From positions 124,001-188,000 of the forward strand of contig NIVC01001181.1 in assembly GCA_002269645.1 (NCBI GenBank): a stretch of 64,000 bases of DNA, written 5' to 3'. The stretch is from Macrostomum lignano (taxonomy: Eukaryota). Position 1 is the stretch's first letter, and each line of letters opens with the position of its first letter. The notes under the pieces were generated by a model, which ran no database searches, was not told the origin of the DNA, and was given only the letters and a program-made list of their open reading frames with translations. Shown here one piece after another: positions 33,304 to 48,920 of this stretch. The translations under genes and the position numbers were made by a program.

Positions 33304-35712
33304 TCAGCCCTCCATTAGCGACTGCTCGCACACCTGACGCTCGAGCGAGAATCGATAAGCGTACTCTGCTTCAATTTGTTCTGGCGACTTGATAACAATT
33401 TCATTTAAATTAAAACCGCCAATCGTGGCCGCTTCGGAGCTGGCGTTCCCGCCCCAGCGTCGGCTGAGCTCGAATGGTATGCCGGACAATGGGTCGCGAA
33501 TTTTGCTCGGCTGCCGACTCGGCGGAGGTCGCTGCGGCTGTACATTGATCTGTTGGACTCCGGCTCCTCGCTGCTGCTGCGACTGCGACTTCTGCTGCTC
33601 CACCGGGCCGTTCTTGACGCACAGAGTGAAACTGTTGAACTCGCTGTTTGCGGGTGGCAATTGGATGAACTAGTTACCGAGTGCCTGCTGTCTATCTCAT
33701 ATCTCATCTCACCCCTATCCTGCTCTCAATCTCACCCTATCCTACTCTCGATCTCACCCTATCCTATTCTCAAACTCACCCTATCCTTACTCTCAATCTC
33801 ACCCTATCCTTACTCTCAATCTCACCCTATCCTTCTCTCAATCTCACCCTATCCTTACTCTCAATCTCACCCTATCCTTCTCTCAATCTCACCCTATCCT
33901 TACTCTCAATCTCACCCTATCCTTCTCTCAATCTCACCCTATCCTTACTCTCAAACTCACCCTATCTTTCTCTCAATCTCACTCTATCCTATTCTCAAAC
34001 TCACCCTATCCTTACTCTCAAACTCACCCTATCCTATTCTCAATCTCACCCTATCCTTACTCTCAATCTCACCCTATCCTATTCTCAAACTCACCCTATC
34101 CTTACTCTCAATCTCACCCTATTCTATTCTCAAAGTCACCCTATCCTTACTCTCAATCTCACTCTGTCCTATTCTCAAACTCACCCTTTCCTTACTCTCA
34201 ATCTCACCCTATCCTATTCTCAATCTCACCCTATCCTTACTCTCAATCTCACCCTATCCTATTCTCAAACTCACCCTATCCTTACTCTCAATCTCACCCT
34301 ATCCTTCTCTCAATCTCACCCTATCCTTCTCTCAATCTCACCCTATCCTATTTTCAAACTCACCCTATCCTTACTCTCAATCTCACCCTATCCTTACTCT
34401 CAATCTGACCCTATCCTTGCTCTCAATCTCACCCTATCCTTACTCTCAATCTCACCCTATCCTACTCTCAATCTCACCCTATCTTTACTCTCAATCTCAC
34501 CCTATCCTATTCTCAAAATCACCCTATCCTTACTCTCAATCTCACCCTATCCTTCTCTCAAACTCACCCTATCCTTACTCTCAATCTCACCCTATCCTAT
34601 TCTCAAACTCACCCTATCCTTACTCTCAATCTCACCCTATCCTTCTCTCAATCTCACCCTATCCTTCTCTCAATCTCACCCTATCCTATTCTCAAACTCA
34701 CCCTATCCTTACTCTCAATCTCACCCTATCCTTCTCTCAATCTCACCCTATCCTTCTCTCGATCTCACCCTATCCTTCTCTCAATCTCACCCTATCCTTC
34801 TCTCGATCTCACCCTATCCTACTCTCAATCTCACCCGATGACAGCGTATCCGGCGGGAGGGCGCTTCTGCTTCCCCAGCAGAATGATGTCATTAATAGCC
34901 GAAGTGGCCTCGGATTTGCGCTGCATCTTCACAGCCAGTTGCTTCTTTTTCAACGCCTTCTCCTCTGCAATAAAGAAACGAATATAAAACACTTGATTTA
35001 CTACTTAATAAAGCAGTAGAAAATACTGCAAAAATTACAAATACGCATAAAATGGGAAAAGCACACAAAATAGTTTATAGCTTATAAAAATTTAGAGTTT
35101 ATAAAGTTTCGAGTTTATGAAGTTTCAGGTTCGTGAAGTTTCGAGTTTATGAAGTTTCGTGTTCATGAAGTTTCGAGTTTTTTAAGTTTCGAGTTCATAA
35201 AGTTTCGTGTTCATGAAATTTCGAGTTTTTGAAGTCTCAAGTTCATGAAGTTTCGAGTTCATGAAGTTTCGAGTTCATGAAGTTTCGTGTTAATGAAGTT
35301 TCGTGTTTTTGAAGTTTCGAGTTTATAAAGTTTCGAGTTTATAAAGTTTTGAGTTCATGAAGTAACTCACGAGTATCGCAGGTGGTCTCAATGATAGTGA
35401 ACTGATCCGGCACATCCATCGGGCCATTGCAGACGGCTAAATCGCAGAGCACCTGGTCGGAGTCCTGATAACTAACACACAGGTAGCGCGTCACTCGCCG
35501 ACTCAAGAAACCGTCTTTCCACAGGTCGGCATCTTCGCGACTGTCGTGAGTCTGCGTAATCTGTAAGAGAAATTTAATTAATTAATTTACTCTTTTACAA
35601 TTGGGAAGTTAAATAGTTGTAAGCTTGACCGCATTATACTACTTACAGGCGAGTATTTCGGTGGCGCTTTGTTCGGATCCGTGACAATTTTCAGGTCCGT
35701 TATGTTGGCCAT
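33304..35712 (-). CDS. MVB12: MVB12/FAM125 ESCRT-I subunit (MABP + UMA domains), 241 aa; join(complement 35712..35647,35560..35371,34964..34835,33643..33304)
   Basis: Four exons join in frame. MABP motif DADLWKDGFLSRRVTRYLC, KALKKKQLAVK, AINDIILLGKQKRPPAGYAVIGEFNS; UMA motif LSGIPFEL...IVIKSPEQIEAEYAYRFSLERQV. Donors GTAAGT, GTGAGT, GTGAGA. Confidence 0.9.
33690..34834. repeat. 22-23-bp minisatellite CTCTCAATCTCACCCTATCCTTA filling MVB12 intron 3
   Basis: Seen directly; begins exactly at the exon-3 donor on the minus strand. Confidence 0.95.
35095..35362. repeat. 16-bp minisatellite GAAGTTTCGAGTTCAT in MVB12 intron 2
   Basis: Seen directly. Confidence 0.9.
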
Positions 35713-35909
35713 CGGATTGAGTAGATATTTTTTGTAGCTGTCAATCACTCAGACAAAAGGAAAGATATCTAGTTTGACCAATTTTGATAGCTAGCTGTAT
35801 TGGAGACCTAAACCGTGGGGGTGAATCTGAAAGTAAAATTCAATATTTTTAATAATCACGTTTTTTCTCAAGCTAGCTATTCCCAATATCAACATTACCC
35901 TTTAACTGG

Positions 35910-36855
35910 CCTGTCCAATCTGACTACTAGTCCATCTAATCTGACTACTAGTCCATCTAATCTGACTACTAGTCCATCTAATCTGACTACTAGTCCATCT
36001 AATCTGACTACTAGTCCATCTAATCTGATTACTAGTCCATCTAATCTGACTACTAGTCCATCTAATCTGACTACTAGTCTATCTAATCTGACTACTAGTC
36101 TATCCAATTTGATTACTAGTCCATCCAATCTGATTACTAGTCTATTCAATCTGATTACTAGTCTATCCAATCTGATTACTAGTCTATCCAATCTGATTAC
36201 TAGTCTATCCAATCTGATTACTAGTCTATCCAATCTGATTACTAGTCTATCCAATCTGATTACTAGTCTATCCAATCTGACTACTAGTCTATCCAATCTG
36301 ACTACTAGTCTATCCAAGCTGATTACTAGTCCATCCAATCTGATTACTAGTCTATCCAATCTGATTACTAGTCTATCCAATCTGATTACTAGTCTATCCA
36401 ATCAGATTACTAGTCTATCCAATCAGATTACTAGTCCATCCAATCTGATTACTAGTCCATCCAATCTGATTACTAGTCTATCCAATCTGATTACTAGTCT
36501 ATCCAATCTGATTACTAGTCTATTCAATCTGATTACTAGTCTATTCAATCTGACTACTAGTCTATCCAATCTGACTACTAGTCTATCCAATCTGATTACT
36601 AGTCTATCCAATCTGATTACTGGTCCATCCAATCTGATTACTAGTCTATCCAATCTGATTACTAGTCTATCCAATCTGATTACTAGTCTATTCAATCTGA
36701 TTACTAGTCTATTCAATCTGACTACTAGTCTATCCAATCTGATTACTGGTCCATCCAATCTGATTACTAGTCTATCCAATCTGACTACTAGTCTATCCAA
36801 GCTGATTACTAGTCCATCCAATCTGATTACTAGTCTATCCAATCTGATTACTACC
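35910..36855. repeat. 21-bp minisatellite CCAATCTGATTACTAGTCTAT
   Basis: Seen directly; stop-free, giving the SNLITSL and RLDRLVI ORFs. Confidence 0.95.
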
Positions 36856-37322
36856 ATTTGCGATCTGCAAAAAATTAAAGAACAACACAAGCAACTGGAT
36901 GCCAAATATTTCCAATCAGAAATTGAGTAAAAAAACGAGACAAAAATGCTACTTACGCACGCGTGATAACGCTTACTTCTGAATTACATCAACATTACCC
37001 TTACCAACTAACTGCAAATTAGTATTCCTTAGTATTTGTTTTCTTCTATTATTAAAAAACGTACCCAATGTCCTCTGTCTTCTGAAGAACAAAATAGATT
37101 AACAATCAGTCAATCAACATACGGAATTAGCGAATGGGAAACGTTATTTTAACGATAAGAGGAACGCGTTTAGATATATTACTGTCAGTAGTTTTATAGC
37201 GAATCGATTGATTTTGCCGAGTCTAGAACAGATATTAATTATTAACCGAATTTTAGTCTATTAAAGTTGACAGCAGGCGTTTGTTTGTTTAAAGACACGT
37301 CAGCTTCAGACGCCAGAGGCTT

Positions 37323-38336
37323 TCAATTGAACTTGCAATTAGAAAAGTCCATCTCCGGATGTTGCTTCATAAATTTCTGCAATATTTCATTCTTCTTTTG
37401 ATCTTCGCTAGTTGGCAAGCCGAGCTCCTTCTGCCTCTGGTCGTACATAATCTTCTCAACAATTGATCTAGTCTCGCCGTCCAGATCGCTCAGCTTAGAA
37501 TTCTCCGGTTCAACTTTTTTAGTGTTAATAACCGGATCAGTGGTGACAACTTGACCCCACCATTCCATCTGGTTGACCTTCTCTAGGCAGATAATCAGAG
37601 TCTTGCCCTCGTCCAGAGTCCAAGTGGACTCGTCCGGTTTAATATGATGAGCCAATTGGCCGTGCAGAATCGGCGGCTGATTGCGCAATCCGGCGGTTAT
37701 GTCAGACTTGGTAATGCTCACAGTCAGATCCCGGCCCTTCACCTTCACTGGCAGTGGGACTCGAATCTCAAGATCCCTCAGCGTCTGTGTCCAACTGTAA
37801 TTCTCATAGTCGCCTCCATTGCCAGCATTCGGCTTCATCTTGCCCTTGTCCTCAGCGGATTCTTCCTCTTCAGCGGCATCGCCGTCGCCTTCTTTTTTCT
37901 TTGTAGTAGTAGCAGTAGCCGCCTCGCCATTGTCCGACTCTTTCGCCGTTGTTGATGAAGACGCCGGGGCATCATTCGATTTTTTGTTCTTTTCGGCGTC
38001 TAATTCTTTCTGAAGCTGTTCCGCTTCGGCGTCAGTTAGTTCTTGGACTCGCGGGTCGCCGGCGGCGGCTTTTGCGGCGGCCTGTTTCTCGCGTTTTTTA
38101 GCTTCAGCCTCGGCTTTCTCTTTGGCTCGCTTCTCTTCAGCCTGGCGTTTGTGCAGTCGGAATGCTTTGAGCACGAGCTGTTCGCAGTCTTTGCTGCCCT
38201 GACCAACATAGAAATCTGTGCGCCTAGCCAAGAAGCCAAAGAATGTGTCCAGGATTTCAACTACGCCGCCCTCTTTGCACTGCTCGACAATTGTCATGTA
38301 GACATTGTCGCAGTAGGATTGCTTCTGCTCATCCAT
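37323..38336 (-). CDS. NUDC: Nuclear migration protein NudC, intronless (ATG at 38336 preferred; ORF track starts at 38369)
   Basis: [22 protein letters not shown]; CS/p23 domain [15 protein letters not shown]...[10 protein letters not shown]; [10 protein letters not shown]...[14 protein letters not shown]...[11 protein letters not shown]. Confidence 0.96.
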   Translation of the reverse strand: MDEQKQSYCDNVYMTIVEQCKEGGVVEILDTFFGFLARRTDFYVGQGSKDCEQLVLKAFRLHKRQAEEKRAKEKAEAEAKKREKQAAAKAAAGDPRVQELTDAEAEQLQKELDAEKNKKSNDAPASSSTTAKESDNGEAATATTTKKKEGDGDAAEEEESAEDKGKMKPNAGNGGDYENYSWTQTLRDLEIRVPLPVKVKGRDLTVSITKSDITAGLRNQPPILHGQLAHHIKPDESTWTLDEGKTLIICLEKVNQMEWWGQVVTTDPVINTKKVEPENSKLSDLDGETRSIVEKIMYDQRQKELGLPTSEDQKKNEILQKFMKQHPEMDFSNCKFN

Positions 38337-39821
38337 TGTGTTGTATACTGCTTTTTTTGCTTGCTTCAAGATTTTACATGCATTTTGTTATGAAGAATGA
38401 AGTTGAAATAGATACTTGCAATATACTTAATAAGACATTTCAGCTAGTTCACTATCCATTGATTTCTTTGTTAAGCAAATCACCCTGGGTGATTAGTAGG
38501 TCAAGTTATAAGACTTTAGCTTTACTTAGGTTTGGGTATTTTTATTTGTGCAAAAAACTATCCTTAATTATTAAATTGAATGGCACACAGATTTTTTGAC
38601 TATTTTTGTACTGCTATACATTATACACAGCATTTTGAAAGAAAATACCAATAACTACCATGACATGTTTTGCAAAAAAACAAATTTTTAGGATTGATTT
38701 GCATGATTTATAGTATAATTGTTTACTATAAAACAATGGACTATAGTTTCAGCCAAAAAAGCAAATTATAGATGATAGTATACTACATTTGTATTTATTA
38801 GATGATTCTTACTATCATAAGTATTTGTTAAATATATTTATTAATATTAATATTAAAACAAATTTACATTTAATGAAACAAGCTTGATTTATATTTCCTC
38901 CATAACATTATTCTTCTACTAAACTTTTTTTTAAAGTTAGATTATTGTATTATTGATTTATATGCATTTAATTGACCCATAAGCCAATTTATACCCTTTA
39001 CCACTACTATTGTCTTTATTGCATTTATTTTATATTGTCTATTTTCTTTTGCATTAATGATTGTAATGATAAATTATGAAAGTTATAAAAGCTATCAAGT
39101 ACAGGATGTGCATAAAATGAACTAACTCTTTTGAGAAAAAATAACTAAAAGCTAGGCTTATAGACAAAAAAAGACACCTTTAAAATTGGGTACATAAAAT
39201 TAATGCTTATAAAGAATCTTTTTAACCTTAAATTTCCTATCTCTATACCTTAGCAATTGATTTTTAATTTCTATTTCTATGAACTGTGGTTTTTAGAAGC
39301 TAAGAATTATAGCTTATAGAAAATTATACATAAGAATTATTTTTAGAACTTGAATACATCTCCATATCTCTAGTTAAGATTAGATATATACTACATTAGT
39401 GCGTCCAAAAAGTTCTTAGACACCTCTCCTATCTTTGCATCTGTTCAATCGATTTTTATAAAAATTGACACAAACATGGACCTATATGTAATCAATTCAG
39501 TGTTAAAGTTTCAGCTTAATTGGGTTGACACAGCAAAAGCAATTGATCATTTACTGAGGAACCTACAAAATTAGCAATACGATTTTAAACTCAACAAAAT
39601 TTGAAAGTTAACAAGCAAACAGTTCAAACTGACAAGTCCAAAACTTCAAAAATAGATCACCAATTGTGAAAATCTTCAGAAGAATATTCATTCCATCGAA
39701 TGTGCTTGTCATATTGCATTGGCAACTCCTCATCCTCAATTCATGCCAATCCCTAGGTGTCACTCTGATCAGCCTCTCAGTAGCCACTTGCAGCTTGGGG
39801 AAGCTGGCAAACCGCTAGGGG

Positions 39822-40250
39822 ATACACCAAGGTGCATTTTCTATGGGGGGGATACACCAAGGTGAATTTTCTATGGGGGGATATACCAAGGTGAATTTTC
39901 TATGGGGGGGGATTTACACCAAGGTGAATTTTCTATGAGGGGATACATCAAGGTGAATTTTCTATGGGGGGATACACCAAGGTGAATTTTCTATGGGAGG
40001 GGGATACACCAAGGTGAATTTTCTATGGGGGGATATACCAAAGTGAATTTTCTATGGAAGGGGTATACATCAAGGTGAATTTTCTATGGGGGGATACATC
40101 AAAGTGAATTTTCTATAGGGAGATACACGAAGGTGAATTTTCTACAAGGGGATATACCAAGGTGAATTTTGTATAGGGGGATATACCATGAGGTGAATTT
40201 TCTATGGGGTGATACACCAAGATGAATTTTCTACAGGGGGGTATACCAAG
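39822..40250. repeat. ~30-33-bp minisatellite GGGATACACCAAGGTGAATTTTCTATGGG
   Basis: About 13 units with a variable G run. Confidence 0.9.
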
Positions 40251-43200
40251 GTAAAAGTGCTATGTCCTATGATAGAGTCACATAGTAGCATATATAGCAA
40301 AAAAGGGCAACAAAAAACTTTTGGTCAGGCTTTTTGTGGGGGGATACATCCCTCTTATCCCTAGCTTCTACCCCCCTCCCTACCTTCTTGCTCAGGGTTG
40401 CTCCCTTCATTTATAAGATATAAGTCCATAACCTATACGGCTATAGGGCCTAGTATTCTTGACTCTTTGAATTAAAAATCTTAGTCCTCTATTCCTTCAA
40501 AGCTAAAGCCTTTTCAAATCTTAACATAATAATATGGTTAATTGTTAAACTCTATGAGTCTATTCTTTCTACATTTTTAGAGTACAACTATCTCTAATCT
40601 TAATTTTTCTCTTTCTTTATAAACCACACTAGGCCTATAACATCAATATTTTATTCTCAACTTGTTCTAAGCATTTGTTTTACATCAAAGCAATTATTTG
40701 GTATTTAGATTGCTTTGCTTTGTATATAACAAGTTTTAGTAGTTGTTCTAAAACAACTAAACACACACAGCGCACAGGAGAGCATAAACTATGCTGACAA
40801 TCATTTGGTGATGAAAAATGACCATCAAAATAGTTTATGTCTTTAGCCTTTATGCTCTGCTATGCGTTCAGTTGTTTTAGAATTCATAAGCAGCTATATG
40901 AAAAATATAGAACTAGAAGTTTGACATTGACACAGATTACCTTTTCCTTTTGCAGCTTTTAGTTAGCTGCTGGGTGTTGTGTAATTCGCTAAGAGGCCGC
41001 AGACTGCTATTTTAAGAATTCAGTTAAATTTTCAATTTAAGAGGTATAACAAACCTATTCTTACGGATCTATTTTTTCTCAAAAGGTAGAAAAATGCTTA
41101 TTTAAATTAAAGCAAATTCTGTAAATTCAAAATATTAAGAAGCCAAGTTATCGGAGTTTAATCCTTAGATATGTTTACAGTATCGAAAATTTTCAGATAA
41201 GTATTTTCATTTTTTAGTATATAGTAGGACAACTCACAGTACGATAAAAGCCTTTTATGGCTTAAATCAATCTGCTTGGGCTTCAGAAAACAGCAAAAAA
41301 GTTTAATTAGGTCAAAAAATCTCTCGACTGGACAAAACGCCGCGAAAGCGCTTGCGGAATACCGAGGGTGTAAGGCGCATAGGGCAGCTCTCTAAGAGTC
41401 AGGTACAGGACGCGCAGAACGTCAATAAAAGTGTCAATGAGGTTCATGGTGCCGGCTCGTCCTCGGCGAAATCTCTCCTCCTGAGGTTGGGCTGGCAACA
41501 ACGCGGCTGCTACCAGCGGATTGGCTTTCATCCGGTCCCGCTTTTCGCCATCAGAGCGCGGCTTGACAAGGTTGCACGGGTGGCAAATGTACAGCGATCG
41601 AATCACAGTAGAGCTCTTCATAGGCTCACCTGGGAGAGGCGACAAGATAGCCGAGGTAGCGAAACCGGCACTTTATGATATGGTGCGGCCGCTAGAGAGA
41701 GGGTCAAAGTAGGAGCGTCCGTGGTGTCGACATGGTGTCGACATGTATGACTTCGGTTTCTTTGGCTTTGATTTTCATCTCAGGCCGAGCTCGCCTTCAG
41801 TGGTCCTTGGGTGCGCTGAGCGGCAGGAGAGGACGATCTCGTCAGAGAACGCGAGGGCAGCAATCTTGACACCGGGGAAAGGTCGGCTCGACGTCTTTCG
41901 TGTCTTCTTCCTCGAGTGCGCTGCATGTGGAAGAACGTTAGCCGAGCCCGACGATGAAGATGAAAAAGGGGCGAGGGTGTGATTGCATTGCAACGCCAGA
42001 GCTGTTTGTAAAGGCCAGATCTCACAACTAATCTTTTCAAGGATTTTTAAAGCACTAAGATGAGAACTCAAGCGCCTAAAAGTGTACATGCAGTTTTGCC
42101 AGTAAGACTGTGCGCTGCAGTAGCCGCCTCGAACCAAGGCACTTAAGGCACTAAAGCAAATTAGAGGCTCTGAATTACCAGACCCTACTCTTCATGATTG
42201 CATGCTGCATATTTGATGACTTGATGAAGAGAGAAAGATGCGACGCGATCATCATCAACATACGCGATAATGATACTTTACCACAGATAAGATCAATGAC
42301 AAAGACTCTCCATGCCTTATATGGGGCCTGCTTTTACTCCAGTGTCAAATTAATATCAGGTTAAGATACGTGCTTCCAATATACTCAAGAACCAATTCTC
42401 CATCTGTTCTCAGAAGAACTGAGAGCTCACCGACTCACGGATTAGGCGCGGAATATTTAATGTCCCACATCAAAATGAAGACGCGCGGCCGCCTCGACTA
42501 GGTTTGGGAAAAAAATCCCCACGTACCCTAATTATCTTCATATCCAGATGGCGGATTATACGTCTATAGCTTTAAATTCAAACCCTTATTTGTTTTTTCT
42601 CAGCGCTACAATACTGATATGATGGTTTAGAGCCTATTGGGGATGACAGCTAATACACACCCAGCTCCTGCTGGATCTTCAGCAAGCAGTGAATCAGCTT
42701 AACCATCGGAACAAATATATTCCCATGGATGGCTAGGTTTTCCCTAGCAGGAATATGATGATTACGCAATAGGGGTAGGCCAGACCGCGGCCCCAACTCA
42801 TTGTTTTCTCGACCCCCCTCTCAATTTGCCTATTCCCACTCACTATTCTGTAAAATCGTCTGTCTGCAGCCTAGTGGGTTGGTGGGAGCGCACAGGAAGG
42901 GGAATCCCGTCGGCGCGGTTTCGACTTTCAAGTCAAACAAATTCATTTTGTACAGACGCTTGGCCGTGAAATTTGGCTTCAACCTCCGGCTTTTTGCAAT
43001 CAATCTGAATGGCTGCTGGTGCCTCTGTGCAAACAGAAATGCGTTTATTTATAGCCTGCATTATATAATACTCTGCAGAGACTCAACAGATTCATATATA
43101 GTTTTATGGATTATTTATTCATCGGCTGCATGACGAGACAAATGTTTTATTGACTGACTTGCTGACTAACTGACAGATAAGCAGTAATAATGACAGACTA

Positions 43201-43429
43201 TTAAAATCAACAAGTACATACAGTATGTATAGAAGTGACCAACTCAGACACTAATACAGACACTAGGACAGGTGTGCTAAGACACAGTAAAACACATACT
43301 AAAGTTTAGATAATGTATGATATAGACACATTAGATTAGGACAGACGCTAAGATTGGCACTATGACAGGCAGGTATTGGTACAGTTAAGACACAACAAGG
43401 GCGATACTAAGACAGACACTTGAGGTGGG

Positions 43430-43945
43430 TGACACTAAGACGGACAGACACTAAGACGGAGAGACACTAAGACGGACAGACACTAAGATGGACAGACACT
43501 AAGATGGACAGACACTAAGATGGACAGACACTAACACGGACAGACACTAAGACGGATAGACACTAACACGGACAGACACTAAGATGGACAGACACTAAGA
43601 CAGACAAGACACTAAGATGGACAGACACTAACACGGACAGACACTAAGACGGATAGACACTAACACGGACAGACACTAAGATGGACAGACACTAAGACAG
43701 ACAAGACACTAAGACGGACAGACACTAAGACGGACAGACACTAAGGCGGACACTAAGACGGACAGACACTAAGACGGACAGACACTAAGACGGACAGACA
43801 CTAAGACGGACAGACACTAAGACGGACAGACACTAAGACGGACAGACACTAAGACGGACAGACACTAAGACGGACAGACACTAACAAGGACAGACACTAA
43901 CACGGACAGACACTAAGACGGACAGACACTAAGACAGACAAACAC
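43430..43945. repeat. 16-bp minisatellite GACGGACAGACACTAA
   Basis: Seen directly. Confidence 0.93.
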
Positions 43946-45034
43946 AAAGATAGACAAAACGCAGGCTTATGTAGCATCGAGATAAAGAATTCTCTAATCC
44001 AGTCTCCGGGATTAGAAAGAGACGCGCGGCGCCACAGAGTCTGTCAGCTTCACGCTGCCGCGCCCTTCCCTAATCCGGCTCAGTAAAACCCGAAGTCCCC
44101 AGTCCGCCAGAAGGCCCAGCGTCAGACAAAGACCTCATCACCATCGGTCTGTTTCCCCTCCTTGAGGAGAAACTCAAAGCCAGCTGCTCACAAAGAGTCT
44201 CCCGCACTAAGGGGCAGAGGGGGGAAAGAAAGTTTTACAACAGATGTTGCAGATATTGCTGAAAGAAGAGAGAGAAGAGTAGCTATAGAAAAAATTGGTA
44301 GGCAGTTTTTGTTTATTAAGACAGTTTTGAGACTGCCAATCAGTTGACTGCGTGGGGGACCTCCATTTGGGCCGTTCTCAAAGTCTGCCATCAACTATTG
44401 GTCGAATTCAAGCTTTGTAATGAGCCTTTCTTAGAAATCTTCCCAGTTAGTTGGCTCCGCAGCTTCACCGATTCGTCTTCTATTCTAAGAATTGACCCCC
44501 CTTTCTAGAATTTTCCGCAACCGCGCCCAAAGCCTCGACCTACTTCCTTAAAAATCCCCTTTTCGTCAATTCCCCTCCGTCAACCCCCAAACCCCCTATT
44601 TATTCCAACTCGTCTATTCCGGTTAACTCGAACTTATATCCCAATTTATCCCCACCGACACAAAGCTCGGTGGCCCAGCCTCGCTATAATTTGATCTGAC
44701 CTCTCGACTCTCTTCCTCTCATCTCCTGGAAATCCTCGAAGACTGACTGAAGGGAGAGCGAGAAGTTTCTAAGAAACGAAGTTGAACTCAGCGGAGGCAT
44801 TGTATAGAGCTCAATTGGATGCAGCGATGTATGCATAAAGTGCAATGCACTTATTAGGGTGCAGTAGAAGGTTCTCTGCATTCTGCATTTCTGTATTCAG
44901 TTGGCTTTTGCACTGTTAGAAAGCTCAGTAATTGATAAACCATTACTAGTCTGCCAAAAATATGCGTCAGTTTTTCATGCTGCACAAGGAATTAAATTTA
45001 TCAATGGACAGAACAAGATACACTAGATCTGAGA

Positions 45035-47345
<2,311 letters not shown>

Positions 47346-48920
47346 ATGCAGACAGGGAGTGAAACAGCCTATTCTCAGTGTCTATACTCTATGTGGAACC
47401 GCAGCGACAGCCTCACTGATGCATGAGCTGCTCAAGCCGAGCTCAAAAACATCCTATCTTGAAGCCAACAAGCCTTCCAACTTCCTTACTTAACTCCAGT
47501 TTTGCATCAAATTTCTTTGTTTATCAGTCAAGTTTTAAGGCGCCACAAAACTTTGTTCAGTATGCGCGGCATGCCTCGGGAAGGAAGACGGAAAAAAATG
47601 TAGGAAAAATGCAAAAAGCCAAATCTCACAGAACTGGGAGATGCAACGCCTTTTGGGATTTTTTCTGTTTTCCATAAAGCTTTTTTTACTCCTCCAGAGA
47701 TATTCTTCTTGAATGGAACCATATTCTCTGGGACTGGCAGGTGAAGGCTGCGATGTGACCTCCTATGACTTCACCTGGATGGAGATCCATAGGGAGATGA
47801 GCTCAATATAGGCATAGTCTTTGTTCTTGAGCTCGCTTTCTTTGCAAACTCAGCTCCGCATGCATTCAGTGTGAGAATTAAATTTCTGTGTCAGCAAAGT
47901 TGACAGGTCCTGGGAGCTGACCTCTCTCTGCGGGACAATTGAAAAGGTCACCAACCTAATGCATCGATGATGTTGATTGAAGCAACAAAGTCTTTGAATT
48001 CATCATATTGATTGGCCTTTTGACTGGCGAGAATATTTAGCAAGATTATAACTGAATAAAAGACGCGTCGTGTGCCTTATCTAAGAAATAGTGTGACCCT
48101 AAGTTGACCTCTACTGTCACTACGTGAACCACGTGGGCTTTTCACGAAGTTTGTGAACAGGTCTTTGTTTGTGTGCTGACGTCATTTCAAACTCTGATGC
48201 GGTTTGGTTTGAAGTCGAAAATTGAAAGTCTCTGAACTCTCTTCTTGTCTTACTGGATCGGACTCGACCACTGGGACATCAGGGCGATAAGCTATGACTC
48301 ATTGGTCATTTCAGCTTCTCAAGACATCGTTACCTTCTTGGGCCCAAACTGGCATCTCTCCAACGTTTTCAGGCCTGGGAACTCCTGCCGTCTTGTCTGC
48401 TGGCCTAAGAGCTACTTAAGGGGAGCAACCAGCCTCCTGGTACACCTCCTGGACTTTCTGGATGGGGACCGCGACGCTCAACATTACCTGATCTCCCTGA
48501 TAAGGTCAGCGAACATCCGGATGCCCGGAACCCCTTGCAGCTGGGTTTAAGTCATTTCCCTCTAACGTTCTCTCTCTTTTCTTCTCAAATTCTCAATATT
48601 CCTTATTCCACTTTCATCCGACAGTCTACTATCAGTAGTATTCAATAATTAGCTCTCCATTCGCCGCTGGAACCCTTCCTCAACTCTCATTGGTTCCCGC
48701 GGTAGGGACGCCTAGACCCATAGTCCCCTGAACGCCTTACTGCCCTTCCCTCAACCCCTCCCCTCCCCAGGCAATGGGCATCGTATTTGAGTGGATCAAG
48801 GACGCCAAGAGAATGCGAAAGCCGGCAAAAGCCACAGCGCAAAACAGAATCAGAATTAGTTCGCATAGAAAATCAAAGCGCATAACTGAGAACGGCACAC
48901 AGTCGCGAACAGACGCCGAC

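Noticed and set aside
48774-48920. 49-aa N-terminal extension of TRIM9 from the upstream ATG
   Set aside because: TRIM9-family proteins normally begin just before the RING, so the start at 48921 is preferred; the extension cannot be excluded.
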